From the NCBI GenBank assembly GCA_043810925.1, contig JBDRNT010000106.1:28942-92941 (forward strand): a DNA stretch of 64,000 bases. The letters are read 5' to 3'. Positions within the stretch are counted from its first letter, which is position 1. Each line of letters opens with the position of its first letter. Positions 48,653-58,301 of this stretch are shown piece after piece. Origin of the DNA: Candidatus Eiseniibacteriota bacterium (GTDB taxonomy: Bacteria; Arandabacterota; Arandabacteria; Arandabacterales; Arandabacteraceae). The translations under genes were made by a program, and so were the position numbers. Under the pieces are notes generated by a model that was not told the DNA's origin, did not search any database, and was given only the letters and a program-made list of their open reading frames with translations.

Positions 48653-50716
48653 ATGCGAGTCACACGTATCGGAATGGTGATTATAGCGCCGATCGTTGTC
48701 GCTCTTGTGTTTACCATGATCATGAGCTGCGTGGTCCTGGCTCAGGCTGCCGGTTCCGTGAGTAGTATCGACGTCGAATCTCTTCGTGACATGATCGATG
48801 AACTGGGACTTGAATACACCGTGGAGGAAAACTGGGTAACCAGGCTTACGCCGGAGGAACGAGGCGGGTTGTGTGGTGCACTCATCCCCGACACCCCCGG
48901 GGATTTCCTGATGTGGGAAGAGCGTGGCCCTGGCGGTGTTACCCGGCTGGATTGGCGGGATATCAATGGAAACAGCTATGTCAGCGGTGTCCGCAATCAG
49001 GGCCCATGTGGATCCTGCTGGGATTTCGGAGCTCTTGCGATAGTGGAATCGGCGAAGATGATAGCGCTCGGCCAGCCCAACACTGATCCGGACTTGTCTG
49101 AGCAGTACATTCTAACCTGCAACTGGGCTGGCTTTGGCTGCGGAGGCGGAGAGACGGACGTTGCTCTTGAATTCGTAAGGCTTGCTGGAACCCCGCCCGA
49201 ACCCTGCAATCCCTATGATGCCAATGACCAGATCGCATGCCACACCAGCTGCCCAGCAACCAACGACCTTGTTGAGAAAATCGCAGGCTGGGGCTATGTC
49301 ACTACGGACTGGCTTGATATCGATGCCCTGAACGCTGCTATCGAAGTTGGTCCCGTCGCGACTTCGTTCGAGGTCTATGAGAGCTTCTACGCTTACGCGG
49401 GCGGCATCTATTCCGCACTTGGCAGCGTCTCTACAGGTGACTGGCACTGCGTAGCCATCGTTGGCTTTAACGACAGGGAAGGATACTGGATTGCCAAGAA
49501 CAGCTGGGGTGAGGGCTGGGGCGAGGATGGCTACTTCCGAATATCCTATAACAGTGGCTGCCGGTTCGGATCCTTCAGCCTGGCTTGCGCATACTCTCCG
49601 ACATGGGATGAGGCCGTATGGCTGGTGCCGGAGGATCCGGTCGCCGGCGACCCGGTGACCGTCTTCTATAATCCTTCTGGCCGGTGGCTGGATGGTACTC
49701 CGACTGCCGTGATCCACCGCGGACACAACGATTGGAAAGGGGTCACCGAAGATCCGATGTCCTGGAACGCAGGGGAAAGCGCGTGGGAAGTGACTTTCCC
49801 AGCCCCCCCTGATGCCCACAATATCCAGTTCGTCTTCTACGATGGTGACGAGACTTGGGACAACAATGGTGGTGCCGACTGGAGTTTCCCGGTGGGCAAT
49901 GTGGATGGCGAATTCGTGATGGATGGCTATCTTGATCCAAGCGTGCCTCTCCTGGCAGGTGACAGCAGCTTCCCTCTCTATGGGGCCCGGCGCGATGGCA
50001 TGCTCTATTTGGCCACACTGTCGGTTGGCGGTACACCTGACATGGATCACTTTCTGCTTGTTGTGGATGATACAACCGGCATGACCGGTGCAGTCTGGGC
50101 CAAGGCAGGAAACACAGTTCCCTGGGCTTACCACCTCGGCAGCGAGAACGGGAATGGATGGACGGGCTGGTTTGATGCCGGCGAGGCAGTCCAGGCAGGG
50201 CCCGAATTCGAGTTTGGTGCGGCCGGACCCTATCAGGAAGGAACCCTTGATTTGGGTGCGCTCTATGGCGGTATGCCCCCGCAGACGCTGTGGGTAGCTG
50301 CGGCAGCGTACGAGAACCCTGACGGAGGTGTGTTGATGCTTCAGGCACCAGCCGGCAATGGAGACGGTGATCTTGATCTATCCGAGTTCTATCCAATTGA
50401 GATTCCGGCTGAAGCTCTTGCAGGGGTCGTTTCGGATACCAGGCAGTGGGGTTTCTATCTTGAACCTAATCCTTTCCACTCTGCGGTTGAGCTTAAGCTC
50501 AGTCTTCCGCGAGCGGCGCCCATGAGGCTTGAGGTTTTCGATGTGACAGGGAGAAGTGTTGCAACGCTTCAAGATGGAATAGCCGGCCCCGGCGTCCTCA
50601 GTCTCAGTTGGGACGGACGTGACGGCCATGGCGCACCGTGTGCAAGCGGTTTGTACTTTTTCCGGGTCTGCGGAGAGCACAAGAGCGTGATCACCAAAGC
50701 AACCCTGCTCAGGTAG
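48653..50716 (+). CDS. secreted papain-like C1A cysteine protease with starch-binding CBM25/53-like module and FlgD-Ig C-terminal domain
   Basis: QGPCGSCW, WHCVAIVG, KNSWG catalytic set; VTVFYN...HRGHNDW...FVFYDG..WDNNGGADW; PNPF...WDGRDGHG...SGLYF. Confidence 0.88.
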   Translation: MRVTRIGMVIIAPIVVALVFTMIMSCVVLAQAAGSVSSIDVESLRDMIDELGLEYTVEENWVTRLTPEERGGLCGALIPDTPGDFLMWEERGPGGVTRLDWRDINGNSYVSGVRNQGPCGSCWDFGALAIVESAKMIALGQPNTDPDLSEQYILTCNWAGFGCGGGETDVALEFVRLAGTPPEPCNPYDANDQIACHTSCPATNDLVEKIAGWGYVTTDWLDIDALNAAIEVGPVATSFEVYESFYAYAGGIYSALGSVSTGDWHCVAIVGFNDREGYWIAKNSWGEGWGEDGYFRISYNSGCRFGSFSLACAYSPTWDEAVWLVPEDPVAGDPVTVFYNPSGRWLDGTPTAVIHRGHNDWKGVTEDPMSWNAGESAWEVTFPAPPDAHNIQFVFYDGDETWDNNGGADWSFPVGNVDGEFVMDGYLDPSVPLLAGDSSFPLYGARRDGMLYLATLSVGGTPDMDHFLLVVDDTTGMTGAVWAKAGNTVPWAYHLGSENGNGWTGWFDAGEAVQAGPEFEFGAAGPYQEGTLDLGALYGGMPPQTLWVAAAAYENPDGGVLMLQAPAGNGDGDLDLSEFYPIEIPAEALAGVVSDTRQWGFYLEPNPFHSAVELKLSLPRAAPMRLEVFDVTGRSVATLQDGIAGPGVLSLSWDGRDGHGAPCASGLYFFRVCGEHKSVITKATLLR

Positions 50717-50799
50717 GCTGACTCCGGGGGAGTGACGTGGCCCCCTGATACGAAACCAGTATCTGACTCAGAGATGTGGTCCGGCGGGTATACTCAAAC

Positions 50800-51237
50800 C
50801 TACAGGAGCTCTGGAAATCCCTCCTTAAGCCAGACTTCGACCATTGCACGAAGCTTCTCGGCCAATTCAGCCATCTCGTCGGCTTCATGATCTGAGATGG
50901 TTCCCGGTCGCTCGTAGATGCTTACGTTGCGCTTCTTCCTGAAGCGATCCAGCAAGTCAACCATATTTGAGTCGGCACATATGGTGAATCTCAGCGATTG
51001 AATAACTCTGAAATGGTGCTGATCTCGGGAGGCTCGGTATCCGGAGGCAGCAAGTGCGGCTGTGGCCATCTTGAGCGCGGCGTTATAGGCGAAGTTGAAT
51101 CGCCCTCCTGCGCTGAGCCCGGACACCCGACTGTCGGCGAGATTCTGGATCGCTCCCTGTGTGAGGTCCTGAATCTCCTGAGGACTTGTCGTGTGTTTAG
51201 TGAGATGGCGGCTTTTCAGCCAATCCTGCAAGGTCAT
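50800..51237 (-). CDS. HEPN-like toxin
   Basis: AYNAAL, GYR...HH, RKKRN...YE; overlaps the upstream nucleotidyltransferase gene. Confidence 0.75.
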   Translation of the reverse strand: MTLQDWLKSRHLTKHTTSPQEIQDLTQGAIQNLADSRVSGLSAGGRFNFAYNAALKMATAALAASGYRASRDQHHFRVIQSLRFTICADSNMVDLLDRFRKKRNVSIYERPGTISDHEADEMAELAEKLRAMVEVWLKEGFPELL

Positions 51238-51799
51238 CCTCGTCTCCGATGAGGAAAATCTTCTTCGCGTTTAGAATCGAGTTGACGAAGTGGTGACCAT
51301 CCTTCAGTTTTGAATGGAACTCCACCACGGGATAGACAGTCGGATTGATCTCACGCCCCAGCTTCTCCTCCGCCGGCCTCAGAGCGTTAGACACCTGGGC
51401 GAGATCTGTATTTCCTATAACCGCAAGGTCAACGTCACTGCCGGCATCCTCGCGGCCTTCCGCGAACGAGCCGAAAACAAACGCCAGACGGATATCTGGG
51501 GTAAGCTGACTCAAGGCCTCCCTCACAACGTCTGCGACCGCGAAAGTCTTGACGGCCAGTCCCCTGAGTTCCTCGAACACAGGGGAGTCACGATTTACCT
51601 GATAGTACTTCTGCCGGCCCTCTTCCTGGCAAGTAAGGATGCCCATACCGGCGAGTCGAGCAAGCTCGCGGCTGAGGTTGGTTGAATCCTCCCCGAGGAG
51701 GCCAGTTAGCTGCCTGACGAAATAACGCTCGTCCGGATGAGTGAGAAGCCACGCGAGTGCCTTTGCACGTAGCCGAGACCCGAACAGACCTTCCAGCAT
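51197..51799 (-). CDS. wHTH + minimal nucleotidyltransferase (MNT) antitoxin
   Basis: N-terminal HTH (RELARL); FGSFAEG..DAGSDVDL GS-x10-DxD motif; AGGAG RBS before ATG 51799. Confidence 0.88.
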   Translation of the reverse strand: MLEGLFGSRLRAKALAWLLTHPDERYFVRQLTGLLGEDSTNLSRELARLAGMGILTCQEEGRQKYYQVNRDSPVFEELRGLAVKTFAVADVVREALSQLTPDIRLAFVFGSFAEGREDAGSDVDLAVIGNTDLAQVSNALRPAEEKLGREINPTVYPVVEFHSKLKDGHHFVNSILNAKKIFLIGDEDDLAGLAEKPPSH

Positions 51800-51814
51800 T
51801 ACAGGCTCCTTTTG

Positions 51815-51854
51815 TGCAGTGAAACTTACTGCGTTTGCAGTTAAATATACTGCA
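51815..51854. promoter_or_regulatory. tandem palindromic operators upstream of MNT-HEPN
   Basis: TGCAGT-N7-ACTGCG (51815-51833) and TGCAGT-N7-ACTGCA (51836-51854). Confidence 0.7.
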
Positions 51855-51884
51855 CTGCGGATCCGTGTCAAGAGCAATATGTGC

Positions 51885-51956
51885 TGGTTGGAGCCATTCT
51901 AAAGCCCGCGACATCTGGGTTGTGAGTGTGGTGGGGGGTAAGAGCAAGTGAGCGCA
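51885..51956 (-). other. degenerate tRNA-Met(CAT) 3' fragment plus conserved flank (att site A)
   Basis: Minus strand reads CTCACAACCCAGATGTCGCGGG...CTCCAACCA; the 30-nt flank is 24/30 identical to site D. Confidence 0.6.
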
Positions 51957-52065
51957 GACTGATTCGAGAGTGGGACCGTGCCAAAGAGCTTGACTTGACC
52001 CGTCACTTAGCGTATAGTATGTCCACGAAACGTGGACAATGGCGCTTATGAATGGCAAGCAGCCT

Positions 52066-52719
52066 ATGGATGAAATCACAAGAATCCGTGGAGAGATAGC
52101 GCACGAAGTCTTCGATTACCAAGCCTTGGTGGGAGCGCTGTCGGACTACAGCAAGCCTCGCGATAAGATAACCAAGCTGCTTGCAAGTGGTAGCGTCATT
52201 CGGATCAAGAAGGGACTCTACTGCTTCGGTAAGGCTCTAAGGAAGGGGCCAGCCAGTCGAGAGTATGTAGCCAACCTGATCTATGGCCCTTCTTACATCA
52301 GCCTGGAATACGCGCTCGGATACCACGGCCTGATTCCAGAGCGGGTCGAGGTTGTGACATCGGTGACCACTCGACGTTCACGTCGCTTCAACACGCCGCT
52401 AGGGGTTTTCACGTATCGCTCGCTTCGCGAGCCCCGATATGCCACGGGGGCAATGCTTGAGTCGGTGGGGGAGACGTCCTTCCTGATCGCGACTCCCGAG
52501 AAGGCACTGGCAGACAAGGTTTGGACCGACAAGCGTTTCAAGGGCGCACGTATGGTAGACTTCCGCTCGTACCTGCTGGATGATCTCAGGATTGATGAGA
52601 AGGATCTGAGTCTGTTGAGCACAGACCGCCTAGAGACTGTAAAGCGTGCGTATCGTTCGGCCAAGATCGACCGGCTGGTCTGCTATGTCGGTCGCCTCAG
52701 GGGGACTTTGAATGCATGA
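52066..52719 (+). CDS. AbiEi-like type IV antitoxin
   Basis: RIKKGLY, PSYISLEYALGYHGLIPE, ATPEKALAD; palindrome GTCCACGAAACGTGGAC at 52021-52037 upstream. Confidence 0.85.
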   Translation: MDEITRIRGEIAHEVFDYQALVGALSDYSKPRDKITKLLASGSVIRIKKGLYCFGKALRKGPASREYVANLIYGPSYISLEYALGYHGLIPERVEVVTSVTTRRSRRFNTPLGVFTYRSLREPRYATGAMLESVGETSFLIATPEKALADKVWTDKRFKGARMVDFRSYLLDDLRIDEKDLSLLSTDRLETVKRAYRSAKIDRLVCYVGRLRGTLNA

Positions 52720-53578
52720 TGCCATCGGCAATATGCTCCAACGCTATGAATGTCGGACTCGCGAAGATTACACCCGGGCACTCAGAGAGATCCTGCAGAC
52801 GCTAGCCCTGCTTGGACTTTGGCGTAGCAAGTTCTTCGAGAAGGCTGCCTTTTACGGCGGTACTGCTTCACGGCTCCTCTATGGACTCGACCGATACTCT
52901 GAAGATCTCGACTTCTCACTTCTAAGGACTGATGATGCTTTTTCACTAGGTGCCTACGGGAGTGCCTTGTGTAGGGAGATCAGGAGTTTCGGTTTTGAGG
53001 TGGATTTCGAGGATCGGGGGATGAGCCGCGCCAGTGCCATGGATTCAGTGTTTCTTAAGGCCAACACCTACCAGCAGCTGATTACCATTGGTGTCGCCGA
53101 GGGTCTTCTACGCGGCCTCCACCACTCGAAGACTCTGAAGATTAGACTGCAGATCGATATTGATCCGCCTGCTGGCTTTGAGACTGAGACCGAGTACGTA
53201 CTTCAGCCGGTACCATTCCCGCTTCGCGTCTATAGCCTGCCTGACCTCTTCGCCGGGAAGCTGCATGCGGTGCTCTGCCGTAGGTGGAAGACCCGCGTGA
53301 AGGGTCGTGATTGGTATGACCTGGTCTGGTTCGCGGGGCGGGATGCGCAGGTCCGGCTGACACATCTCGAATCCCGAATGCGGCAATCCGGTGACTACAC
53401 CGATGATGAGCCGCTCTCGCGGGAGAAACTGCAGACCTTCCTTGGTCGTGCGGTGGAGGAACTGGATGTTGAGCAGGCACGCCGGGAGGTGGCGCCCTTC
53501 GTCAGGGATCAGAGAGCTCTTGAGGTATGGTCAAAGGACTTCTTTTCACGGATAATGATGCGCATCGAGCCGATTTGA
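52712..53578 (+). CDS. AbiEii nucleotidyltransferase toxin
   Basis: FYGGTA.RL.YGLDRYSEDLDF, GKLHA...KGRDWYD. Confidence 0.9.
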   Translation: MHDAIGNMLQRYECRTREDYTRALREILQTLALLGLWRSKFFEKAAFYGGTASRLLYGLDRYSEDLDFSLLRTDDAFSLGAYGSALCREIRSFGFEVDFEDRGMSRASAMDSVFLKANTYQQLITIGVAEGLLRGLHHSKTLKIRLQIDIDPPAGFETETEYVLQPVPFPLRVYSLPDLFAGKLHAVLCRRWKTRVKGRDWYDLVWFAGRDAQVRLTHLESRMRQSGDYTDDEPLSREKLQTFLGRAVEELDVEQARREVAPFVRDQRALEVWSKDFFSRIMMRIEPI

Positions 53579-53605
53579 AAAAAGGGCGACCTGTCACCGC
53601 CAAGC

Positions 53606-54856
53606 ATGGTGAAGGGAGGAACTGCAAAGCCTATGGCCTCACCTACCGGACACAAATGGATCTTCCGATCCCGCTTCAGGCGCAATGCCTTTGGCTGGCG
53701 TTCTCAGCCGGCGATCAAGCGCATAAAGGAGGCCGTGAGTGAGATCAAGAAGGTCGCCCGCAAGGATCCCGTTCTGGGCGGCGAGGGTGCCGTGCTTTTT
53801 CTCGAAAGACTCTCACCGGCCCTTGAACACGTTGACAGCTCCTCCGGAGCCATCGGCAGGGCGGTCTACAATGCCATCGAATCGCTTGTTCGCGTTATTG
53901 CCGAGGCTCCGGCCGCCGATCCCCTGCGCGACAAGTGGCTGGAACGCCTCTGGCAGGCCATAGAAGACGATGATATGCCTTACATAGAAGGGCTTACCGA
54001 CTACTGGGGGCGGCTTTGCGCCTCACCCGAGCGTGCGACCCGCTGGGCGGACAGGTTTGTCCGCGTCGTTAGAATGGCCTGGAGACCCGATAGGACGCCG
54101 GGAGACTGTTTTAAGGGAACCTCTGCATGTTTGAGTGCACTATTCAAAGCGGGACGATACGCCGAGATCCTGGGTCTATTGGAACTCGCGCCCTTTAAGT
54201 ACTGGCCCGACCGGAGGTGGGGTGTGAAGGCCCTTGCAGCCATGGGCAAGAGCGCCGAAGCGCTCAGCTACGCCGAGGCTTCCCAAGGCCGGTATGTCCA
54301 TCCTGCCAGCATTGCAGAGGCCTGTGAAGCGATCCTGCTCGACGAGGGAATGGTGGAGCGAGCCTATGATCTGTATGCTATCGACGCTAATCGCAGGGCG
54401 ACCTACCTGGCCACCTTCCACGCTATTGCCGCCAAGTATCCGAACAAGCAAGGTGCCGATATCCTGCGTGACCTCGTTGCGAGTACGCCGGGCAGCGAGG
54501 GCAAGTGGTTTGCAGCGGCCAAATCGGCAGGCCTCTACGGGGTGGCAATCGAACTGGCCAATAGCACGCCTTGTGATCCGAGGACACTGACTCGAGCGGC
54601 CCGGGATCTCGCGAGCGAAGAGCCGCGATTTGCAGTCGAGGCCGGCATTGCAGCCCTCCGGTGGCTGGTCGAGGGTTATGGCTATGATATAACGGGGCTG
54701 GATGTACGGGCTGCCTACGACCACGCCATGAAAGCCGCCCGGAACATCGCGTGTGAGGACGAGACCCGTGCGCGTATTCGAGAGTTGGTGGCGGGCGAGA
54801 CCATCGGCGAGCGATTCGTCACCAAGATACTTGGCCGTGAGCTCGGGCTGACGTAG
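53606..54856 (+). CDS. alpha-helical hypothetical protein
   Basis: 416-aa ORF; HKWIF..RFRR.AFGWRSQPA, EHVDSSSGAIG. Start may be 53633. Confidence 0.8.
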   Translation: MVKGGTAKPMASPTGHKWIFRSRFRRNAFGWRSQPAIKRIKEAVSEIKKVARKDPVLGGEGAVLFLERLSPALEHVDSSSGAIGRAVYNAIESLVRVIAEAPAADPLRDKWLERLWQAIEDDDMPYIEGLTDYWGRLCASPERATRWADRFVRVVRMAWRPDRTPGDCFKGTSACLSALFKAGRYAEILGLLELAPFKYWPDRRWGVKALAAMGKSAEALSYAEASQGRYVHPASIAEACEAILLDEGMVERAYDLYAIDANRRATYLATFHAIAAKYPNKQGADILRDLVASTPGSEGKWFAAAKSAGLYGVAIELANSTPCDPRTLTRAARDLASEEPRFAVEAGIAALRWLVEGYGYDITGLDVRAAYDHAMKAARNIACEDETRARIRELVAGETIGERFVTKILGRELGLT

Positions 54857-54893
54857 CCCCGGTTGTCCGCACCCTAGCTATGACAGCAAAACC

Positions 54894-56411
54894 TCAGCCG
54901 AGGAGCTCCTCGAGACCCAATTCCTTGAGGGCGAAGTCTATGCTGATATCGGCACCCTCGTCCCTGTTCATACTCTCTATGCCACTGAGGTGGTCCTTCA
55001 TGAGTTCGATCAGCATGGGACGGGCCTCGGGTCGGCGCGACGCTTCCCTCGGCGTCATGCCGTCCAGCGCCGGGACGGGTTCATCCAGGAATCTGGTGTA
55101 GCGTTCCTCATAGAACTTCTTCATCATCTCCGCCTGGACCTCGGGCGGGATCTGCTCGGCTGAAGGCCCCCCAGGTTCCAGCTCCTCGACGTTGTCCTCA
55201 TCCTCATAGCTGTCCGCGATGTTGCCGGCAATCTCCGAGATCTCGTCATCCAGGAGCTTCGCCTGCCTTCCGAAGTAGTGCAGGATCATCGCCTTTCCAA
55301 AATCAAAGAGCTTCCTTGTGAAAGCCTCGACGACCAGCCTGTCCTCATATAGTCTGATTCTTCCCACCCCACCTACAAGCTCGCTTCCGGGCGCGTGACG
55401 GAATGCAGGATCCATCTCGCTTTCGATTGCCTGGGACTCACCCAGCCGCAACCAGTCATAGTATTCAACCCCTGGAGGATCTCCCTCGTCGGGGTCACGA
55501 TCGTCACGCTCGAAGTCGGGCTTGGCCTCGAGAATGCGTTTTATCGCTTTGCGATGACCGGCGATGTCATATGTACCCACGCAGTGATATGCATCGATGC
55601 TCTTGAAAACCGATTTCATCTTCTCGCGAGGCATATCGACAAGTAACCTCATTAGGTCCGCTAGGTGCTCCGTCATGCAGGCTTTCAAGCCTCGCTCATC
55701 ATCTGCATACCCTTCTTCATGCGCATACTCCAGGATGCGGTCGAGAAACTCCCGATACACCATCTGAGGCACTTCAAGGCTGACTTGACCGAGCTTGCTG
55801 AAATGCGGATAGTGAGTCAGCCAGCCGAGGAACCTGCTGAACCTCGTTGCGTGTGCCGCAGTTGCCCTGTCGACCAAAGTGAATGGCGTCTTCCGGGCAT
55901 CGAATACGTCTATGCACTCAACTCTCTCGTGATCGACCACTCTCTGAATTTCCGTAACAGTGACGAACGACCGGCTCTGGTACTCCATCATCACCGCCTC
56001 ATCCGGCCGCAGTCCCGCCCAGCCGTCGGTCTCCCATCTGTCGGCCAGGGTCTTCCCCTGACCGTCCCGTTCAGCGAACACGCAATGGTTTGATGCCAAG
56101 TAGGTTGCGCTACCCCCGTGCTCCTCGTACCCCGACAGGGTGGAAAGAAATCTGTTCAGAACAGACCTGAAGTGAAACTCGCTCACCTCACTCCTGACAC
56201 GCCTGACGACTTTGGGTGGCAGGGCCTCGCTTAAGCTCAGCCACAGATCGTAGCCTGCGACGGCAAAGGGGTAGAACTCGCAGTCCGCAGGACAACCGAA
56301 TTCAGTTCCCCTCCTGGAGCCGCAGCATTGCGCGCAAATGTGATCTCCCGTGGCCGGACAGCGTCGCCTGCCCCGCCTCCCGCAAACCTTGCAGACAGTT
56401 TGCATAGCCAT
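54894..56411 (-). CDS. hypothetical protein with N-terminal Cys-rich Zn finger and C-terminal Xre/MbcA/ParS antitoxin-like motif
   Basis: CKVC...CPA...ICAQCC...CPADC; FLDEPVPALDGMTPREA. Confidence 0.75.
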   Translation of the reverse strand: MAMQTVCKVCGRRGRRRCPATGDHICAQCCGSRRGTEFGCPADCEFYPFAVAGYDLWLSLSEALPPKVVRRVRSEVSEFHFRSVLNRFLSTLSGYEEHGGSATYLASNHCVFAERDGQGKTLADRWETDGWAGLRPDEAVMMEYQSRSFVTVTEIQRVVDHERVECIDVFDARKTPFTLVDRATAAHATRFSRFLGWLTHYPHFSKLGQVSLEVPQMVYREFLDRILEYAHEEGYADDERGLKACMTEHLADLMRLLVDMPREKMKSVFKSIDAYHCVGTYDIAGHRKAIKRILEAKPDFERDDRDPDEGDPPGVEYYDWLRLGESQAIESEMDPAFRHAPGSELVGGVGRIRLYEDRLVVEAFTRKLFDFGKAMILHYFGRQAKLLDDEISEIAGNIADSYEDEDNVEELEPGGPSAEQIPPEVQAEMMKKFYEERYTRFLDEPVPALDGMTPREASRRPEARPMLIELMKDHLSGIESMNRDEGADISIDFALKELGLEELLG

Positions 56412-56605
56412 GTTTCCTCTTTGCGCCTCAAATCGGAATCGATATGCCCAGAATTGTCGGCGCCGGATGCCTGCCTGTCAAGCAAAGAAACCTGGAGACT
56501 GCACGTCGTCAGGGGATCCGGAGAAATCATGTAGCGGCGTACACGAGGCCTCTTCACCGGTGAAAGGGCCTCAAGTCCCGCGGCTGTGGGGGCGAGAGGA
56601 TTTAC

Positions 56606-56636
56606 GACATTTGTCCTGACGCGTGCGACAAATGTC
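56606..56636. promoter_or_regulatory. inverted-repeat operator candidate upstream of Xre-RES
   Basis: GACATTTGTC-N11-GACAAATGTC. Confidence 0.5.
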
Positions 56637-56742
56637 TGTAGCATTGCAGTGTAGTAATCGCCATTCAGAGAACCAATGGTGAGTAGTGCATGAGGTTACA
56701 CTTTCGACCTAGTGCTGAGTGATGAGTGAGAGGTGAGAGATC

Positions 56743-57174
56743 ATGAACGCATGCGGAATTGCGGACGTACTCGGTGGCGAGAAGGTGCTGGGATGGAAGG
56801 TCAAGAACGCTATGGACCTGGTTGCTTTGAGCAAGAGAGGCGTGCCGAAGGGCGCCCTCTCGCGTCTTGCAAAGATACTTGGGTTCACGACCCCTCGTAT
56901 GGCATCACTTCTGCCGGTTACGCAAAGAACGATACAACGCTACAGGCCCAAGCAGTATTTCAAGGCGTATGTTTCAGAGAAGATCCTGGAACTGGCGGCA
57001 CTGGCGGCTTACGGCCTCGAGATCTTTGACGACCAGGAGCAGTTCATCGGTTGGTTGAATGAGCCCATTAGGGCATTAGGGAATCGGGCGCCGGTCGATC
57101 TCCTGGACACAAGCTTCGGCGTGGAAATGGTTCGAAACGAGCTCATCCGGATTGAGTACGGAGTGTTCTCGTAG
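56743..57174 (+). CDS. Xre/MbcA/ParS antitoxin
   Basis: HTH-like VTQRTIQRY; WLNEPIRALGNRAPVDLLDT..G...L.RIEYGVFS. Confidence 0.9.
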   Translation: MNACGIADVLGGEKVLGWKVKNAMDLVALSKRGVPKGALSRLAKILGFTTPRMASLLPVTQRTIQRYRPKQYFKAYVSEKILELAALAAYGLEIFDDQEQFIGWLNEPIRALGNRAPVDLLDTSFGVEMVRNELIRIEYGVFS

Positions 57175-57629
57175 TGGAAGTCTACCGTTCAGCCAAGCCG
57201 CGGAGGGCAAGAGACCTGTCGGGGTTCGGATCCTCGCTTGCCGGAGGCAGGTGGAGCTCCCAGGGCCGACTGGTGGTCTATACTGCTGGAAGCCCTTCTC
57301 TCACGATTCTCGAGAAACTCGTGCACCTCAACCTGTCACGGTTGCCCTCGGATATGTGTTTAACCACGATTAAGGTGCCGGATAAGGCGAGTGTAACAAC
57401 AGTGGTCGAGAAAGACCTGCCCAGAGGGTGGTCGGAGTTCCCGGGGCCCTGGGAACTCAGAGAAATAGGTGACGAATGGCTGGGAAAGGGTCGCACATTG
57501 CTGCTCCGCGTACCTTCGGCCGTAAGTCCGCATGAGTCCAACTGCCTTATCAACCCCGCCCACAAGGGAATGTCTGAGGTCAAGGTCGTACGGGTGGAGC
57601 CGGCAAGAATCTACGCCCGCCTGGCATGA
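57174..57629 (+). CDS. RES domain toxin (NAD+ phosphorylase family)
   Basis: VYR, GGRW, VYTA, LEKLVH, VPSAV, N.LINPAH. Confidence 0.92.
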   Translation: MEVYRSAKPRRARDLSGFGSSLAGGRWSSQGRLVVYTAGSPSLTILEKLVHLNLSRLPSDMCLTTIKVPDKASVTTVVEKDLPRGWSEFPGPWELREIGDEWLGKGRTLLLRVPSAVSPHESNCLINPAHKGMSEVKVVRVEPARIYARLA

Positions 57630-57874
57630 GTACTTCGCCGAGGGTCTGGTTATGGAGATGAGGGAGGTCACTATCTCAATGATCGCCAGTCCAGAGCCCT
57701 GGGCTACCTTGTCGGCCATGATGAGATGATGGATACAAGACTTGGAAGGCCTGTGTCCTGGTGTAACCAGGCGCACCCTGCAACGTGACCTTTCGAAGCT
57801 TGAGAGGATTGGCCTGGTGAGACAGAAGGGTGCCGCCCGCCGGGTGTCCTATGTCTTAGGCAGTAAGGTGTTAT

Positions 57875-57943
57875 GACGAATCGCGACAAATTGCGACACC
57901 GGATTGTGACATATCGCGACACAGCGGCAGACGAATCGCGACA
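57875..57943. repeat. YGYGACA direct-repeat cluster (arm-site-like)
   Basis: CGCGACA 57882, TGCGACA 57892, TGTGACA 57905, CGCGACA 57915 and 57937; GACGAATCGCGACA occurs twice. Confidence 0.7.
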
Positions 57944-57957
57944 GGTCTGGGGGACCA

Positions 57958-57994
57958 GCGGCTGGACTTCGACCGCTGACCTTCGGGCTGTGAG
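57958..57994 (-). other. degenerate tRNA-Met(CAT) 3' fragment (att site B)
   Basis: Minus strand CTCACAGCCCGAAGGTCAGCGGTCGAAGTCCAGCCGC aligns without gaps to the initiator tRNA anticodon-to-T-arm consensus. Confidence 0.65.
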
Positions 57995-58301
57995 TTCAGA
58001 CAAAGCCGAGAACTGAAGAAGATCTCCGGTTTTTGGCCCTGGTTTACTCCGATGATTGAGTGAGTATACTCAGTATATTTAGCAACTGGGTAAGTGGATG
58101 TCAGGCAACAGATTAGACCCCTCAAGGCACTCAAGATAATGATTATTCTCGAGATTAGCTATCATGTAACTGTATTTTCGGCCGTATATTCAATTATCTT
58201 GCTTCCGTTCGGGTCTCAGTCGTTTTCGTAATCATTTTTCTTGACTTACTCCTCCAAATGACGATAATTCTTGTTAGATAATCGTTTTTCTGGAGGAGAC
58301 C

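Noticed and set aside
50717-50799. Possible leftmost att site bounding MNT-HEPN
   Set aside because: No convincing alignment to the tRNA fragment by eye.
56690-56735. Possible fifth att site (CTGAGTGATGAGTGAG resembles CTGGGTTATGAGTGTG)
   Set aside because: The match is short, needs a gap, and overlaps a purine-rich RBS region; too weak without a statistical test.
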